64,000 bases of DNA from Tubiluchus corallicola (Eukaryota; Animalia; Priapulida): the NCBI GenBank assembly GCA_030141605.1, contig JAQGDQ010000001.1:2480001-2544000 (forward strand), in the 5' to 3' direction. Under the pieces are notes generated by a model that had not been told where the DNA came from, did no database searches, and saw only the letters and a list, made by a program, of their open reading frames with translations. Both the position numbers and the translations under genes were made by a program. The stretch's first letter is position 1. Each line of letters starts with the position of its first letter. Below, piece after piece: positions 51,601-64,000 of the stretch.

Positions 51601-53925
51601 TGGCAGTTAGGATGATAATGACCCCAGTCCTGACTACTACTACCAAATGGATATTTGAAGATCATTTTAGTCAGCTTCTAACAATAAAATAATTTTAAAC
51701 ATTTCATTTTTGCAATGTTAGAGACACGTGAAAATGCCCAGAGCAAGGGTTAAATAACGCGATCACACATCTATTTAATAACTAGACTCGACATTGCTTA
51801 ACTTGCTTAACTTCGGCAGCTCAGCACAGGCCATGGTCATTCACCGAGGGGAGGGAATACATGTGTAAAATCATGTATCCCATAATGTACACCACGTAAC
51901 TATATAGTACACTATTATACAATTACATACTATTGTAAATGGTCATTAATAAATAACTGTCATTAACTAATCAGCGAGTATGCAAAAGCTTACTACTTAC
52001 ATGACATACATAATAGCTTTTTGCCAATATGTCCTTGCATCAGCAAAAGTAGAAATTTTCCCTACAAATTTTATAAATACACAACAGAATGGAGCCTCAC
52101 ACATCAGCACAAGCAAAGCAAATGCCCTGCAAATAAAAAACAATAATTAACAATAATGATGGACAGCAAAAATACCTAGGCTTACAGACGAACAAAGTAT
52201 TTAACACAAGGCGCTAAGGCGGCATGGCTTTGACCTAAGACCCCAAATTTTTCATTAAATAATAAGGCAACATATGCTGCAGTACATAAAATGTAGTCAA
52301 TATTCAACTTGAAACTCAAATTTTTTTCAACTCGGTCTGTGCAAAGCCCTACAGCTCTTAAAAATAACTTTGAAATAACAAGGTGCTATCCCAGATCCAT
52401 GACTTGCATGTAAAATACATTTAGCCTTAGAGTTCACAATCATGCTTAATCAATTTGGTGAAACTGACTTTAGATGATTAAAGTTATTACAATTCTAAGG
52501 CACTGCTAGCACAGTGCAGTTACACAAGAATATACTTTTTCACAACAATGCTGTTTAACAACTGAAAAATACATCTTTACATGTGGCTTGCAAATGAAAA
52601 TGGCAAAAATTGCACATTGAGCTTGATGACGAGACCAAGGCTCAAACCAAAGCATTAAAACCAGCATTAGGACTAAGTGGCTTCGAACACTTGACATAGC
52701 TTTCAAAACCTTAACTGCGACCAATAACACTATTTAGTAAGCAAAGTATGACTTTGGTTTGGCCGGCACTGATAATCACATTACAGACTGATTACAGATT
52801 TGGTATGCATCTATATATAGAAAGAATGTTACAATAATATAAGTAGGGGCACTGAAACACAGGTAATTACAGGCCTCATGAAAAGAATATTTATTTACAC
52901 ATTTTGCTACCATTTATGCTGACTGTCAGTGTGAACTGTGAAGAGAACTTTACATGCTACGTGCAAAATGGTCTTTTTGCTTAAAATGAGCATTATGACA
53001 CAATAGTTATTATTATAAATAGATACTGAAGTATCTCATATTTAGCTGCTTGCTACACTATTATTTACAATTTTCTAAAAAAATATTACATGTAACATTT
53101 CTTCTAAAATTAAACTAAACACAAACGAAATTACAAACTTAAGAAAGTAAATGAAAGTAGCTAAATTTGTCCCTTAATCACTCTACAGAAATACTTACAT
53201 TTGAAGAATGCCACCTATAATACAACGTGGCGTTACGGATATAATGACCCAGATTCCTGTTATGAGAGCAACTGGAAAAATTCAATAAAGAGTAATGAAG
53301 AATTTTTGTATAGTCAAAATGTTAGTCAACCTATCCACCACACGTCTTTGCATATGAAGTTAAATTGAATTGAGAACTATAATCATCATAATATATAAAC
53401 AAATTATTAAAATACCAGCATGTGAACAATTAGCTGTCATATATAATAGCCAGGGATTTTTGTATTTCCGCTACGTTTAATGCTCAAAACAAACAAGTAC
53501 TGTACACTGACCAAGTTGCATTAAAAACATGAGTGAAAGCCATGCTCACTGAAGTGATGACAAAATACATGAGCGTTACAACAATATCTTCAAACTGCCA
53601 GTTGGAGTGATATCTGTCATCTGCATTTATGGGACTCGAGTTTCTACCTTTTGTAACACCAGCTATCTTAAAAAAGAATTGCTGTCAAAATTTTATTACA
53701 CACGTGTAACTAAATATAGCACGGGCACCTAACAAATTCAGCAGCTGTTTTCGGAATAATAACAACAGTTGCATTTAAAGCTCAATAGTAAGCATTCGTA
53801 CCTATTCCACCAATTGCAGCTAATACTCGTGTTAGTAGCTTGAACCACCATGCTACTTCTGGGTTATTTGGATTTGGATTATCCCGTTTAGAGTCTGCTA
53901 CAGCATCACTTGCTACTTGACCCAT
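48647..53925 (-). CDS. CACFD1: Calcium channel flower homolog (180 aa)
   Basis: Exons 53925-53802, 53271-53199, 52126-52001, 49504-49397, 48758-48647, GT-AG and in phase, 543 nt. The protein contains [46 protein letters not shown] and [22 protein letters not shown], which are diagnostic Flower motifs. Confidence 0.94.
51168..51645. repeat. Dispersed repeat, copy 2 (family of 1408-1885)
   Basis: Colinear similarity with 1408-1885. Confidence 0.75.
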
Positions 53926-54714
53926 ACTGCTAAATATTTTAAAAATAAAACTAACATTTTCACAATATTATTAAAAAAAACTTAGGTCTACAATGTTCAT
54001 CATTTCTACATCTATTATTTAGGTTGCAAATGACTACATCAAAAGTTTTCTTCCACAGATCTGAGAATTTTTGCTGAAGCACTGATTACCGTGCTAAAAC
54101 AAATAGACACATAGATATAAATAGTTTTGAAACTTGTTATACAATAGCCTAATTGTGCTGTAAATAATTTTAGCCTTTAAGGGAACTTGCTAGGGATCAT
54201 ACACTCACTGGGAAAAAACACTGTGCTGCTATTAAATTTACAGCTAGAAAACGACACCTTAGTAAACTGTGGCATTGTTCCATAAATGTTAAATATATAC
54301 AAGCTTTTTGACAACTAAATCAGTAAAAATACTACTGTATACTGCAAGCATTTCTTCCTCAATCAGAAAATACATTCTTCTTATCATAAATTAATAGCAA
54401 AAAACCATCACCGATCTCTGTATGAGTTGCAGCAGCTATATGTCTACGAAATATATTTTATTTTGTATTAGCAATTCAATGTGCCATTCAACTGGAGTTG
54501 CAAGAGTCTAATCAATAATAAATTCTTTTCATTTCACTGTTTGTTAACTTTGCTCTGCCTGTTTTTAAATGTGTAAACAAACTACTTCTACCACTATCAC
54601 TATAGTACTAGTAGTTCTACTATGCTTTGTGCCCTTGGTGCTAATGCCTAGAGCTCTAGATAATGAGCATGACAGTAGCCTCTTACTATTGCTTTAATGT
54701 AATTTAAATTTGCG

Positions 54715-54850
54715 CAGTGGCTTGCAGAGAGTCGTGGAACAACGCATGAGATCAGCTAGGGGGTCTGGGGAAGCACTGTAAGCTCCTCCTGCAGGGTACG
54801 GGGTGGAGCCTCGGCCACCAACGCATTTTCCTGTATTTAAGGGTATTTTG
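54715..54850. repeat. GC-rich DNA-transposon-derived motif
   Basis: CAGTGGC start plus GGGGGTCTGGGGAAGCACTGTAAGCTCC...GGGGTGGAGCC.CGGCC.CCAACGCATTTT, a motif I recognise from non-autonomous hAT-like repeats of invertebrates. Confidence 0.5.
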
Positions 54851-56020
54851 GAGGCCTACGAATGAGATCTAAATTCTGGTACACAGGCGTCCTCAAACAT
54901 GAAAAATGTACTTATAATAAGTCAATATTTGGAAAAATTTATTTAAAACTTTTGTAGCTAACGTAGAGAATAGATTATAGATATGTGAAATTCAGCACTC
55001 CTATGGATGAACCAACAAATTGTAGGCCTCATTCCGTTTTTGTTATTCAGGGCTTACCTAAAATACTTGTTAAAGTATTGTACAACCAAGTTTTAACCTA
55101 CTTGAAAACCATTAATTTACCGAAACAACAATTTCAGATACAGAAAAAACATTGTTGATGTGGTATTATTTTATTATATATAAAACTAGAAATAAGCAGA
55201 GATAAATAACTGTTGGCCAATTGCAGCTGATTTGTTGGTCAACCTTACATGAAAGCCTGGTGCAGCTCATTCATTCAAAAGAATGACAGCAAAGTAATAA
55301 TAACAATATCTAACACATTTAATTAAAAAAATTTGCTAAGCGTTAGCATTAAAATAAATACAATTTTTATTCACTATCCGTATAGAAAAATGTATATAAA
55401 TATGAAAGTATTCACTTATTAATAAATTGTCTTGTTGACGATTTTAAGTTCATTGACTTATAGTCTCAGAAAGTCGAAAGTCACACAAAATTGACTGATT
55501 GATATTGTTGAAATGCACAATAACACAACGATAACCATAAGCTCTAAACTTGGAAAAGAAAATTGAGGAAAACCTTTATGGGTTTTTGCCCTAAAATGCA
55601 AATAAGTTAGAAAAAAAAGACTGATGAAAACCTTTCAATCAAAATTTTACTCATCTTTCATAACATATTTAAAATAGAATCAACTACAGTACCCGTACGT
55701 ATTAAACAATGGCTAAAACAAACCACGTGCAGCTGCGCAGCAAAAACCCAAGTTGAATGAACGGCAGCATTTCACTTGCGGATAGGCCTATGATAAAAAA
55801 ACAATGCTACCACTAATTGTAATAGGACAAGTTTCGATTAAGCCATACCTTCAAGCTCCCTGTCTAAATTGTAATGAGTGTGCTTTTATATTGGAAAATG
55901 TCGTGAATGTATACAACTCCGTTGCTTTTGTAGAGTGATAGTTTCGCAAAAACTATAGCCTACCGACATTATAATACAATAAGAGTGCAAAATGTTAATA
56001 AATATTAGCAATAATAGTTA

Positions 56021-56474
56021 CCGTATATACTCGCATATAAGCCAAATTTAGAACTATAAAATACAATACTGAAATCAGGGGGTCGGCTTATATGCGCATG
56101 AAACAAAATGAACACAAGGACAGACACTAATGCCAATTTTCCAGCCACACATTTTCATCGCTATCTGACTCTTTATTTGGTTGTGTGTCACCAGTGGTGT
56201 ATTGGAGGGGGATCGCCGTCCACCCACTTTTTTTTAGAAAAAATTCACATTTCAATAAATGTCTGCTTTTTGCATTCATTAATTAGATAAAAAATATTAA
56301 AAATGTATAAATATATGTGACAAAAAGGGATCAATTTTGTTGATTGGGTATGGAGTAAAATTAGACAAGTTGATGTTCGGCTTATATGCGGGTTTTTGCA
56401 AAAACTGGCCATTTTAAAGCAGTTTCAGGGGGTCGGCTTATATGCGATGTAGGCTTATATGCGAGAATATACGG
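56021..56474. mobile_element. Tc1/mariner-superfamily (Tc2/pogo-like) MITE
   Basis: TA|CCGTATATACTCGCATATAAGCC ... GGCTTATATGCGAGAATATACGG|TA (22/23 TIR match). Internal GGTCGGCTTATATGCG repeats. Confidence 0.92.
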
Positions 56475-56699
56475 TAATTATTAGAAATATATACAAATGG
56501 TTTTTACAACGTAATTATTTTTCAAAAATTAGAAGGTATGCATGCGTTGCAAGCATGGACTGCACGCCACTGAATTTGTGCTTCAAGTAAGAATATCGAA
56601 GACGACAAGAACAATAATAATAAAGATCTTGTACGTAAAATTAATGTCTGTAGTCACAGCGATTTTACATTAAAAATGCACATGTCTACAAAAATCATT

Positions 56700-57350
56700 A
56701 AAAAACACACTATCCAGACTTCCTTCTTAGTATGTAGACTTGTAGATGTCGGAAATATTGCCATCTGTTAATACTCTTTGGAAACTTTTTTAGTCTCTTT
56801 TCTTCGCTTACAGGGTTACAGTGTAGTAAATAATGTTCAACTATTTGCTGCTCTTTCATATAGCACAGACACAATGTCCAATCTATATAGCCAGTCTGAA
56901 CGAAAAGCCGCTAAAATTGCACTGCCCTGTTAAAAAACTGATAGCCAATGTTTCAATTAGCCCCTCAGATGTATGAAGATTCACATCAAGTAGTGTACAA
57001 GATATCATATGGTTCAACGAATCATTTGTTGAGCACGGAGACCACCTGTGGGAAATGTAGAATTTGCATATGTTAAAATACGATTATATAATTGTCGATA
57101 TCAGCAAAGGCATAGTTCTTAGCTGCAAATTCCACACCTGGCTTAATACTGCTTGTTTCTTTACAATAGGCATATATCCAATACATGTTGATATGACGTC
57201 TGTTTTCTCCCCTTGAAAGATTGTCCCGTTGGATAAATTCCCATTTTACAATGACTGAATTGTCGTTATTTAATATTTTGAGTGTGCATTTGATGGATAT
57301 GCTCTCTGCTATAAGGTCCAGTGGTGGACATAAAATTAATTCAAATTTTT
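56700..57350 (-). mobile_element. Decayed LINE 3' fragment (zinc-knuckle region, R1/I-group-like)
   Basis: Minus strand FLTGQCNFSGFSFRL and CLCYMKEQQIVEHYLLHC, the CCHC knuckle pattern at the LINE ORF2 C-terminus. Confidence 0.55.
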
Positions 57351-59247
57351 CTCTGATGGATGAAAATTTGACCGACTGACTGCCTTTAAAACATTATTAT
57401 AAGACCATCAAACTTGTCAACAGTATTATTGGTCAGCTAAGCAGTACTGGTGTACAGTATTATAAATAAGACAGTAATTTTAAATAAGTTAATTATGGTG
57501 GGAAGCCTAAATCCATTATATTTGCAGCAATACTATTTAATAGTCATTCACCGATGCAATGCATTCGTTTTCACGCATGAAATTTTAGATCTTTGTCTGT
57601 AAGCGAGGTGGTACACGCAAATGTCAAGCAAGCGCGAACGTCGGTCCCATATAGTGTTTTCTTTATTATTATATTAAATTAAGTTGTATTACTTGTATAA
57701 TTATTGCGTAATAAGTGATTAATCATTTCGGGCAAATGTGCGGTGCTGCTCAATATAAAAAAAGACAGAGGGTAAACGCCATACACAAATTATACGCCAT
57801 TTTTCCTATTCTTCTTATGGATAAAAATACAGCCGATTACTTACTAATATTAGAAACTGATAGCAGGCACAAATAACAAAATATTTTTGAAGTTATTAAA
57901 ATGTAATGAGGATTCTACGTCGTTATTGTCTCCGTTAAACATCAAATAACATTATGATGATTGTTTTCGGCGCCGTTTACCGCATTAGCCCATAACCGCT
58001 ATGACACTAATACGCATGCGCTAAATTTGTAGCGAATCAGTGCTTATATACAGCCATTACGCTAATAGCCATGCGCTAAATTTGCCGAGAATCAGTGCCC
58101 AAATACCGATTCGTTAATTTCGCTTACTCTTAACTTTACAAGTTTTTCACATTTGCTTGTAGCCCTTCAATCGAAATTTGATATATAAATAAATAAATTG
58201 AGGGTTTACAATTGAGCATATTGGTTTATCACTCCGTTGTGACTGTAAGCACGTATAACTATTCTCTTAGTAATCAACATGATAACCATCATGTTTAATC
58301 TTCAGAAAAGCTGATTGTGTGTTATTATTCACAAAATTTGCAAGACAGAAGTTATTTTTACAAGAAATTAAAACTTTGAGCCAAAAAAATGTCTTCACAA
58401 TTTAAGCAGAATGTAGTGACAAAGTTTCGAAGTTATATATATATATATATAATAATGGGGCATATTTAATTGTTTAGTGACTCATAACGACCCGCAGTCT
58501 TCGACTGTTAACGTTTGTAATGCATGTGCGCTTTACCAAAAAGCTCTTGTTTCATCCACTGCTATGGGTGTGGTGCTGCTTACTCGTGCAATCTGCTGTT
58601 ATGCAAGGCAACTGAGTAGTAAATTAATTGGTTGGAATACCCGGAGATTAGTAATATTTGGTAAAGGAATTATTAATTTTTATACTGTGAGGTTGAATGT
58701 GAATCTGTAGCCACTTTACGCTTTTAGGTGTAGTGACTAGAGGAAGTGGAATGCGATGATGAAGTGATGAATTATTTTAACTTATGAATGATTGACATGA
58801 TTGTTCAGCGGTATACCAAAAAAGAAGATTCGTCATTTGTCGTTCTGGAAAACCCTATGCTGTGTTGCAAAACTGATTTTTGGTGTCCCTGTTCGTCAGA
58901 TAAGATTATTACTTTAAGCCTACGATATTTGGACAGACTGCTGTTTTTAAACAACAAGCATAAGTGACCACTCACTTGTAAGAAAGGCCATTTTTCAGCG
59001 ATTTTACTGTTGTAAAATCATAGGGATACAATTTTCAGTTCAATTTTGCATTGTCTTCCCTCTCTTAGTCACGTGCGAAGTGTAAGAAATTTGTTCCCGA
59101 GGTGACACGATGTGGTGATTGATGCTCGAATTACAAGTAATATCATATTGGCGGAACCATACTTTTGCGTACCCACTGAGTTGCGGACCGGAAAATACTT
59201 GGTCGGCGATATTTGGAAAACAAGCGAAAGCTGAGAGGTCATCACTA

Positions 59248-60178
59248 TTGGGAGCGGAGTAGGACGCTACCCGAAATAAGACGCCTCGTACATGGGCTGC
59301 CCCAGTAGGACACTAGAGATGTACTATACTGTACTTGTACTGGCAGCGTCCGTTGTCCTTGTTTGTTTGATAATAGCAATTGAAAACGTCAATACACCTT
59401 GCATAATTTAGTATATCTGATAAAATAAAAGATCTTATTCTGAGCGGCCAATAGTAGAAAGGCCAATACTAAATTTGGCTTCGGCATTAATCTTGTTTAA
59501 ATGAAATAAACCCGCTTTTTAGACGATTCTAGCGTTTGCTTAAAGTATTTGATTCTTTATTTTGTCTCGCTTCACAGACAGGTATTCTGTTTCACTATCT
59601 CTTGGACAAATAGTTGCTTTTACTAAGTAAACAGCCTACCGAGCTATGTCCCTACACAGCTTTAGATACTTAGTTTAATGTTATGACGATATTAATGGAG
59701 CTAATAATAATGATGATATTATCGCAAAAAATACATTAAATTTTGTAAATTGCCAAGGACTATCCATCATTATTATAATAAAGTTACGTTTTCTCTAAAA
59801 CAAATTTAGTTTTACGTTTTATTGTGGCATAATTCTCGACAGAAATCGCCAGTGTCCTACTTGGCGATCGGGCGATTCACAGCTATTCTAATATTTCTAT
59901 CAGGCTCCTGTATATCCACAACATAAAGGAGCAAGCCAAAAAGAAAACTGTACCGCTGTGGTTGTTACACGTCTACTTTGAGCCTTATCATTTCTCTAAC
60001 TTTTATCACTTGTCTGATCCAAGCATTGACTCTTACCAGTGTGCCTGTGTTTACTGAACATAGGTCTTTTTCGTTCCTTGCACTCCTTGGGCTGCCCACG
60101 TACTGCTTTTTCGCAAATTTGACACATGCGTTTTAGCGGCAGTGTCTTACTTCGGCTAGTGGCGTACTCCGCGCCCGA
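59248..60178. mobile_element. TA-flanked non-autonomous DNA transposon with ~40-bp imperfect TIRs
   Basis: Left TA|TTGGGAGCGGAGTAGGACGCTACCCGAAATAAGAC; right GTCTTACTTCGGCTAGTGGCGTACTCCGCGCCCGA|TA. A related fragment lies at 40523-40740. Confidence 0.75.
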
Positions 60179-61819
60179 TAAGGCTTGTTGAATGTTTTTT
60201 TATTCTTGCTTTTGTTTTTAGCATTGTGTAGTGCTGTCGTTATTAACTGCAGCAAGACTATAAGCCAGTTAGTCAGTTCTGCAGGAGCAGAAATTTCTTT
60301 AGATCCCGAACTGGACTGAACCGAGGGAAACGTTACTTTGAGTGATTCTCATATTGCAAGACTTTCATTAATATTGAAATATTTCGCTCCTTTATTACTT
60401 TTCGGATAGACAATTTTTGAAACTGCTTTCTAGTTTAATGCTATAAATACACCATAAATTACAAAGATTTAAGAGTTGTGACAAGTCACTGCCTTTAAGC
60501 AGTAAATTCGCTGTTACTGCGAAGAAGATTCAGATTGGGTAATTAGTTATACTGTCAATGAAAACTCTAGCTTATGTTTAGATAATTTAAGTTTAGTGTT
60601 TATTTTCTTTCTACCATTCTTTGATGATATTACTCACAATACATCTCTTCAGGTCAGAAGTGCAAAGTAAAAAAATCAGTTGTTAGCAAAAAATTAAAAA
60701 TTCACAACAAAAAATCGAAGTGCAAAGCGAAAAGTGAAAATTGGCAGAATAGTGCAGGTTTTTTTCTGCTAATAAATATGCAAATTATGTCATCAAGAAC
60801 TTTCGCCATGTAACTTAAGTACATTCTGTTATGTTAGGTATAGAAACTTAATTTTTGTAAATTTTTGTATGAGACAGAGCATGCCGCTGATATTGGCTAA
60901 TGGTCTTTCTGAGTTGAAAGACTGACTGACTGACTGACTAAATGGTAGAGCAGCAAAAGTCAATACAATAGCCAAAAAAGATAGAAACAAAGGAACACTA
61001 AAATATAATGTAGACACAAAAAGTTTGAGTCACTCCCAGATCTGTGGTCATGAGTCAAAGTGTTCGACATTTCTTATCCAACGTCAATGCATTTTATAGT
61101 CCGCTGTCTGTAAAGCTAGCCACAAGTAAAATTTGAAAAACATTTTCCAAATATTAGTAGTCAGACATTCTTACTTTGAAACTCTTCATGCTGCCCGAAA
61201 TATGATAACCTCAAGCTGACATTCCCCCATAGCTATCTATAGTTATCATTAATTATCAAAATTTTTGGAGCAAAGTATGTGTGACGTATAGCAAAGACCA
61301 TAGAGATTTTTGGCGATACCAAAAAATAATGTGACGACAATAATATGTTATGTTTGCCCAAAATGTGGTACACGTAATATAGAAGACTAATAATGATGAT
61401 ACCATAATCTAAAAGGCTTATATAGTATTGGTATAAGTTAAAATAGTATTGCTGATAGTTGGTTGCACTCAAGTTTAGCAAATTAATTCACATTCATTGT
61501 TAAATATGACAGGGCTATTGCTGCTTTTCTGAGCCAAGTTTGAATCAACGAGACTGAAAATTTAAACTTTGGTTGTCACTCTCAGAACTGCTTGAGTCAT
61601 CGTTTGGTTATTCGACGGTCAGTATTTAATTAGTTTGGAATAACAGTTAATGAATGAGTCAGCCACTACCATTAGTATTATTTTTATATTAGAAAGTGTT
61701 CAAAAGTACTGTAATGAAAAGGTTGATTGGCAGAATTTTGCTAATTGTGCCTGCCATGATTTACGTTTGCCTCATGCTACACTCAGTAACTATGGCAGTC
61801 TTATTAACATTAGTTAACA

Positions 61820-62058
61820 TTCTGCACTTTTGATTTTTCCTTATGCACCTTTGATATTTTGCTGTGCACTTTTGATTTTTTGCTTTAGTCTTATTTGTGC
61901 ACTTTTGATTTTTTTGCTGAGAACAATAGATTCGCAAACAAATCGCATGAATCACTTCCACCTTTTCTGTTTTTGTGTAAGTAATGTACTATTGATTATT
62001 ATCATCATTGTCATTTTCATCATCATCATTACCATCATTTTCGTCATTATCGTCATTA
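61820..62058. repeat. Short tandem repeats (TGCACTTTTGATTTTT x4) and a degenerate (CAT)n tract
   Basis: Seen directly. It explains the spurious ORFs at 61761-62182. Confidence 0.75.
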
Positions 62059-62214
62059 TAGTCAAACCTCTATAACACCTACTTTGAGATTGTAAAAAGT
62101 TGACATTAAGCGAGTATACATATTTGTGCAAATATGGACATTTTGTTTCACCAAAAATATAGGCATTAAGCCAGTTTGGCATTATAACAGAGGTTATATA
62201 ACAAGGTTTGACTG
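62059..62214. mobile_element. Small pogo/Tigger-like MITE
   Basis: TA|TAGTCAAACCT...AGGTTTGACTG|TA. Confidence 0.7.
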
Positions 62215-62809
62215 TACTTTATTACTACTATTGTTGATACTACTGCTGGCACTGGTGCCATTACTACCACCACCACAGCTTAGCAATGTGTTCTACTGAG
62301 AGCCACTTTTGAACCAAATTTTGAAAATTTGTTTTTACTGTATTGGTAATTTCCATACAATAGGGGACTAAACTGCACTAAGTGAATGCCAAAAAGTCAT
62401 TTTAGAACAGTGCTTACATACTTCTGATTTACCAACTGTGGTAATATAACGAAATGTCTAGGTTTATTGTCAGCTAAAACTGTATTTTAGTCATAAAAAG
62501 AACATTTGCATGTTTGAAGTTTATTTTGTTATTGTTAATAGGTGATGTCTCAGTGCACAGAAAATTATTTATGGATAGACAGCTCAAACTACATCAAGTA
62601 GAAGTTAGAAAGGGAAATCCCTGCACAGCATTTTCATCAACGACTGTTCCAGCTATTTGCTTGCTACTAAAGATTGTGCTTTTGTCATTCATGGTGTTAG
62701 AAAATTTTTTGAGCATAATAACGAGCACTACCAGTTTTCCAATGAGCCACTTAATTGCAAGCATTCATTTTAGAATTGTCCAGAGCAAACTCAGGACTTT
62801 TGTAAAAGA

Positions 62810-64000
62810 ATGGCAGCCGAAGTTAAGCAGACAAAAATTAGCTTGGAAAGTTCGCTTAGTGAGGACTCGAGTGACTACCCACCCCCTCCGGATGGTGGCT
62901 GGGGTTGGGTGGTTGTGTTTGCGTCATTTATGGTTCATTTAATATCAGATGGGACGTCATTTGCATTTGGAGTTTTATATGTGAATATGTTAGATTTATT
63001 TCATGAGAGCAGCGGCAAGACAGCTATTGTTGGTTCACTTTATGTGTCAGTACCTTTGCTAGCCGGTCCTCTTGCTGGAGTAATAGTCGAAAAATTGGGA
63101 TGTCGAAAATCTGTTATTATCAGTGGATTCCTCACAAGTACTGGGTACCTTCTAAGCATTTTTGCACCGTCTGTTGAGATACTGTGTGTCACTTTAGGAC
63201 TTATTTCAGGTTTGGGTTTAGCCACAGGCTTTGTTGCTGCTATTGTTGCTATTGTGTTTTATTTTGAGAAACGTCGCTCACTTGCCACTGGTTTAGCTAC
63301 ATGTGGATCTGGAATAGGATGTTTTGTTTTTGCGCCTTTTCTACAGTACCTTATTGAGCAGTATGGATTTCATGGAACGATGTTGATACTTGCGGGAATA
63401 TTTTTAAACCTGTGTGTTTTTGGGGCACTTTTGCGCCCATTACAATGGACAGACGATGATGAAGATAATGATGATGAAGGCGATGATGAAGATGAAAGTG
63501 AAAGTGAAGTAAACTCAACTGATGCCAGAGATGAAGTCAAAAAAATATTAAGTGATCTCCGTACTGAAGTGATAACAAACTTATCTGTTTCGCCTGATGA
63601 TATTTCTCATATTAAGTGCCTCTCTGGTCATGTCATTGTACCTTGCATTACAAAGAAGCCCGATTTTCTCAGTCATTCTTTACAGGTGCTGCCGGGCTTG
63701 GGCACGCCATCTCAAGCTCCTTTTTCTGATGATAACAGGCTTGCCTTGCAACTTGGACATCCATGTGAAAAAAGAAATCATGAACCCGAAGAAACGATCA
63801 ACAAAATTCATTTAACTTCACCAGGTTCTATAGATGAAATCATAGTAGATGGCAGTAGTGCTCCAGATGTTAAATGGGACATTGATTATGAGACAAAACA
63901 AATGCCTTTATTAAAAGTAGAAACACATAATAATGAAGCTATCTGTGGGCACAACCAGTGTCATCATTATAAATGCAGTGTTTCTCTTCCAGAATTCAGG
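62810..64000 (+). CDS. Monocarboxylate transporter (SLC16/MCT family, MFS), 5' part; continues beyond the window
   Basis: 397 open codons to the window end: MAAEVKQ...PPPPDGGWGWVVVFASFMVHLISDG (SLC16 TM1 signature), then YFEKRRSLATGLATCGSGIG and FLNLCVFGALLRPL, then an acidic large cytoplasmic loop. An in-frame TAG upstream (62771) supports this ATG. The paralog cannot be assigned. Confidence 0.93.
   Translation, partial: MAAEVKQTKISLESSLSEDSSDYPPPPDGGWGWVVVFASFMVHLISDGTSFAFGVLYVNMLDLFHESSGKTAIVGSLYVSVPLLAGPLAGVIVEKLGCRKSVIISGFLTSTGYLLSIFAPSVEILCVTLGLISGLGLATGFVAAIVAIVFYFEKRRSLATGLATCGSGIGCFVFAPFLQYLIEQYGFHGTMLILAGIFLNLCVFGALLRPLQWTDDDEDNDDEGDDEDESESEVNSTDARDEVKKILSDLRTEVITNLSVSPDDISHIKCLSGHVIVPCITKKPDFLSHSLQVLPGLGTPSQAPFSDDNRLALQLGHPCEKRNHEPEETINKIHLTSPGSIDEIIVDGSSAPDVKWDIDYETKQMPLLKVETHNNEAICGHNQCHHYKCSVSLPEFR

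Noticed and set aside
52506-52730. 74-aa ORF / possible Flower exon; also tRNA-like A/B boxes (TAGTGTTATTGG, GTTCGAAGCC)
   Set aside because: The Flower CDS is complete without it and no cloverleaf forms. At most a decayed tRNA-derived SINE.
58016-58110. ~55-bp imperfect direct duplication (ATGCGCTAAATTTG…GAATCAGTGC)
   Set aside because: Only two copies; probably a TE subterminal relic with no assignable function.

Overview
AT-rich metazoan (invertebrate-like) genomic DNA with GT-AG spliceosomal introns; no prokaryotic features are present. Five protein-coding genes were reconstructed by hand. (1) NOSTRIN-like F-BAR/HR1/SH3 gene (+, 14 coding exons, 9937-33386, ~513 aa) with three phase-compatible candidate first exons. 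(2) TMEM254-like gene (-, 4 exons, 122 aa). (3) SNAP29 with an intronless CDS (+, 260 aa). (4) Flower/CACFD1 (-, 5 coding exons, 180 aa) with candidate alternative C-terminal exons. (5) The 5' part of an SLC16/MCT-family MFS transporter (+, runs off the window). Introns and intergenic DNA carry many decayed mobile elements: hAT, Tc1/mariner-pogo and Harbinger MITEs, Helentron-like elements, LINE fragments, and Penelope-like remnants with degenerate hammerhead-ribozyme cores. A possible spliced non-coding or 5'-UTR transcript runs leftward from ~6.7 kb. I see no clear wholly new system. The best leads are the Flower C-terminal isoform candidates, the NOSTRIN first-exon/inverted-repeat architecture and the hammerhead-like motifs.
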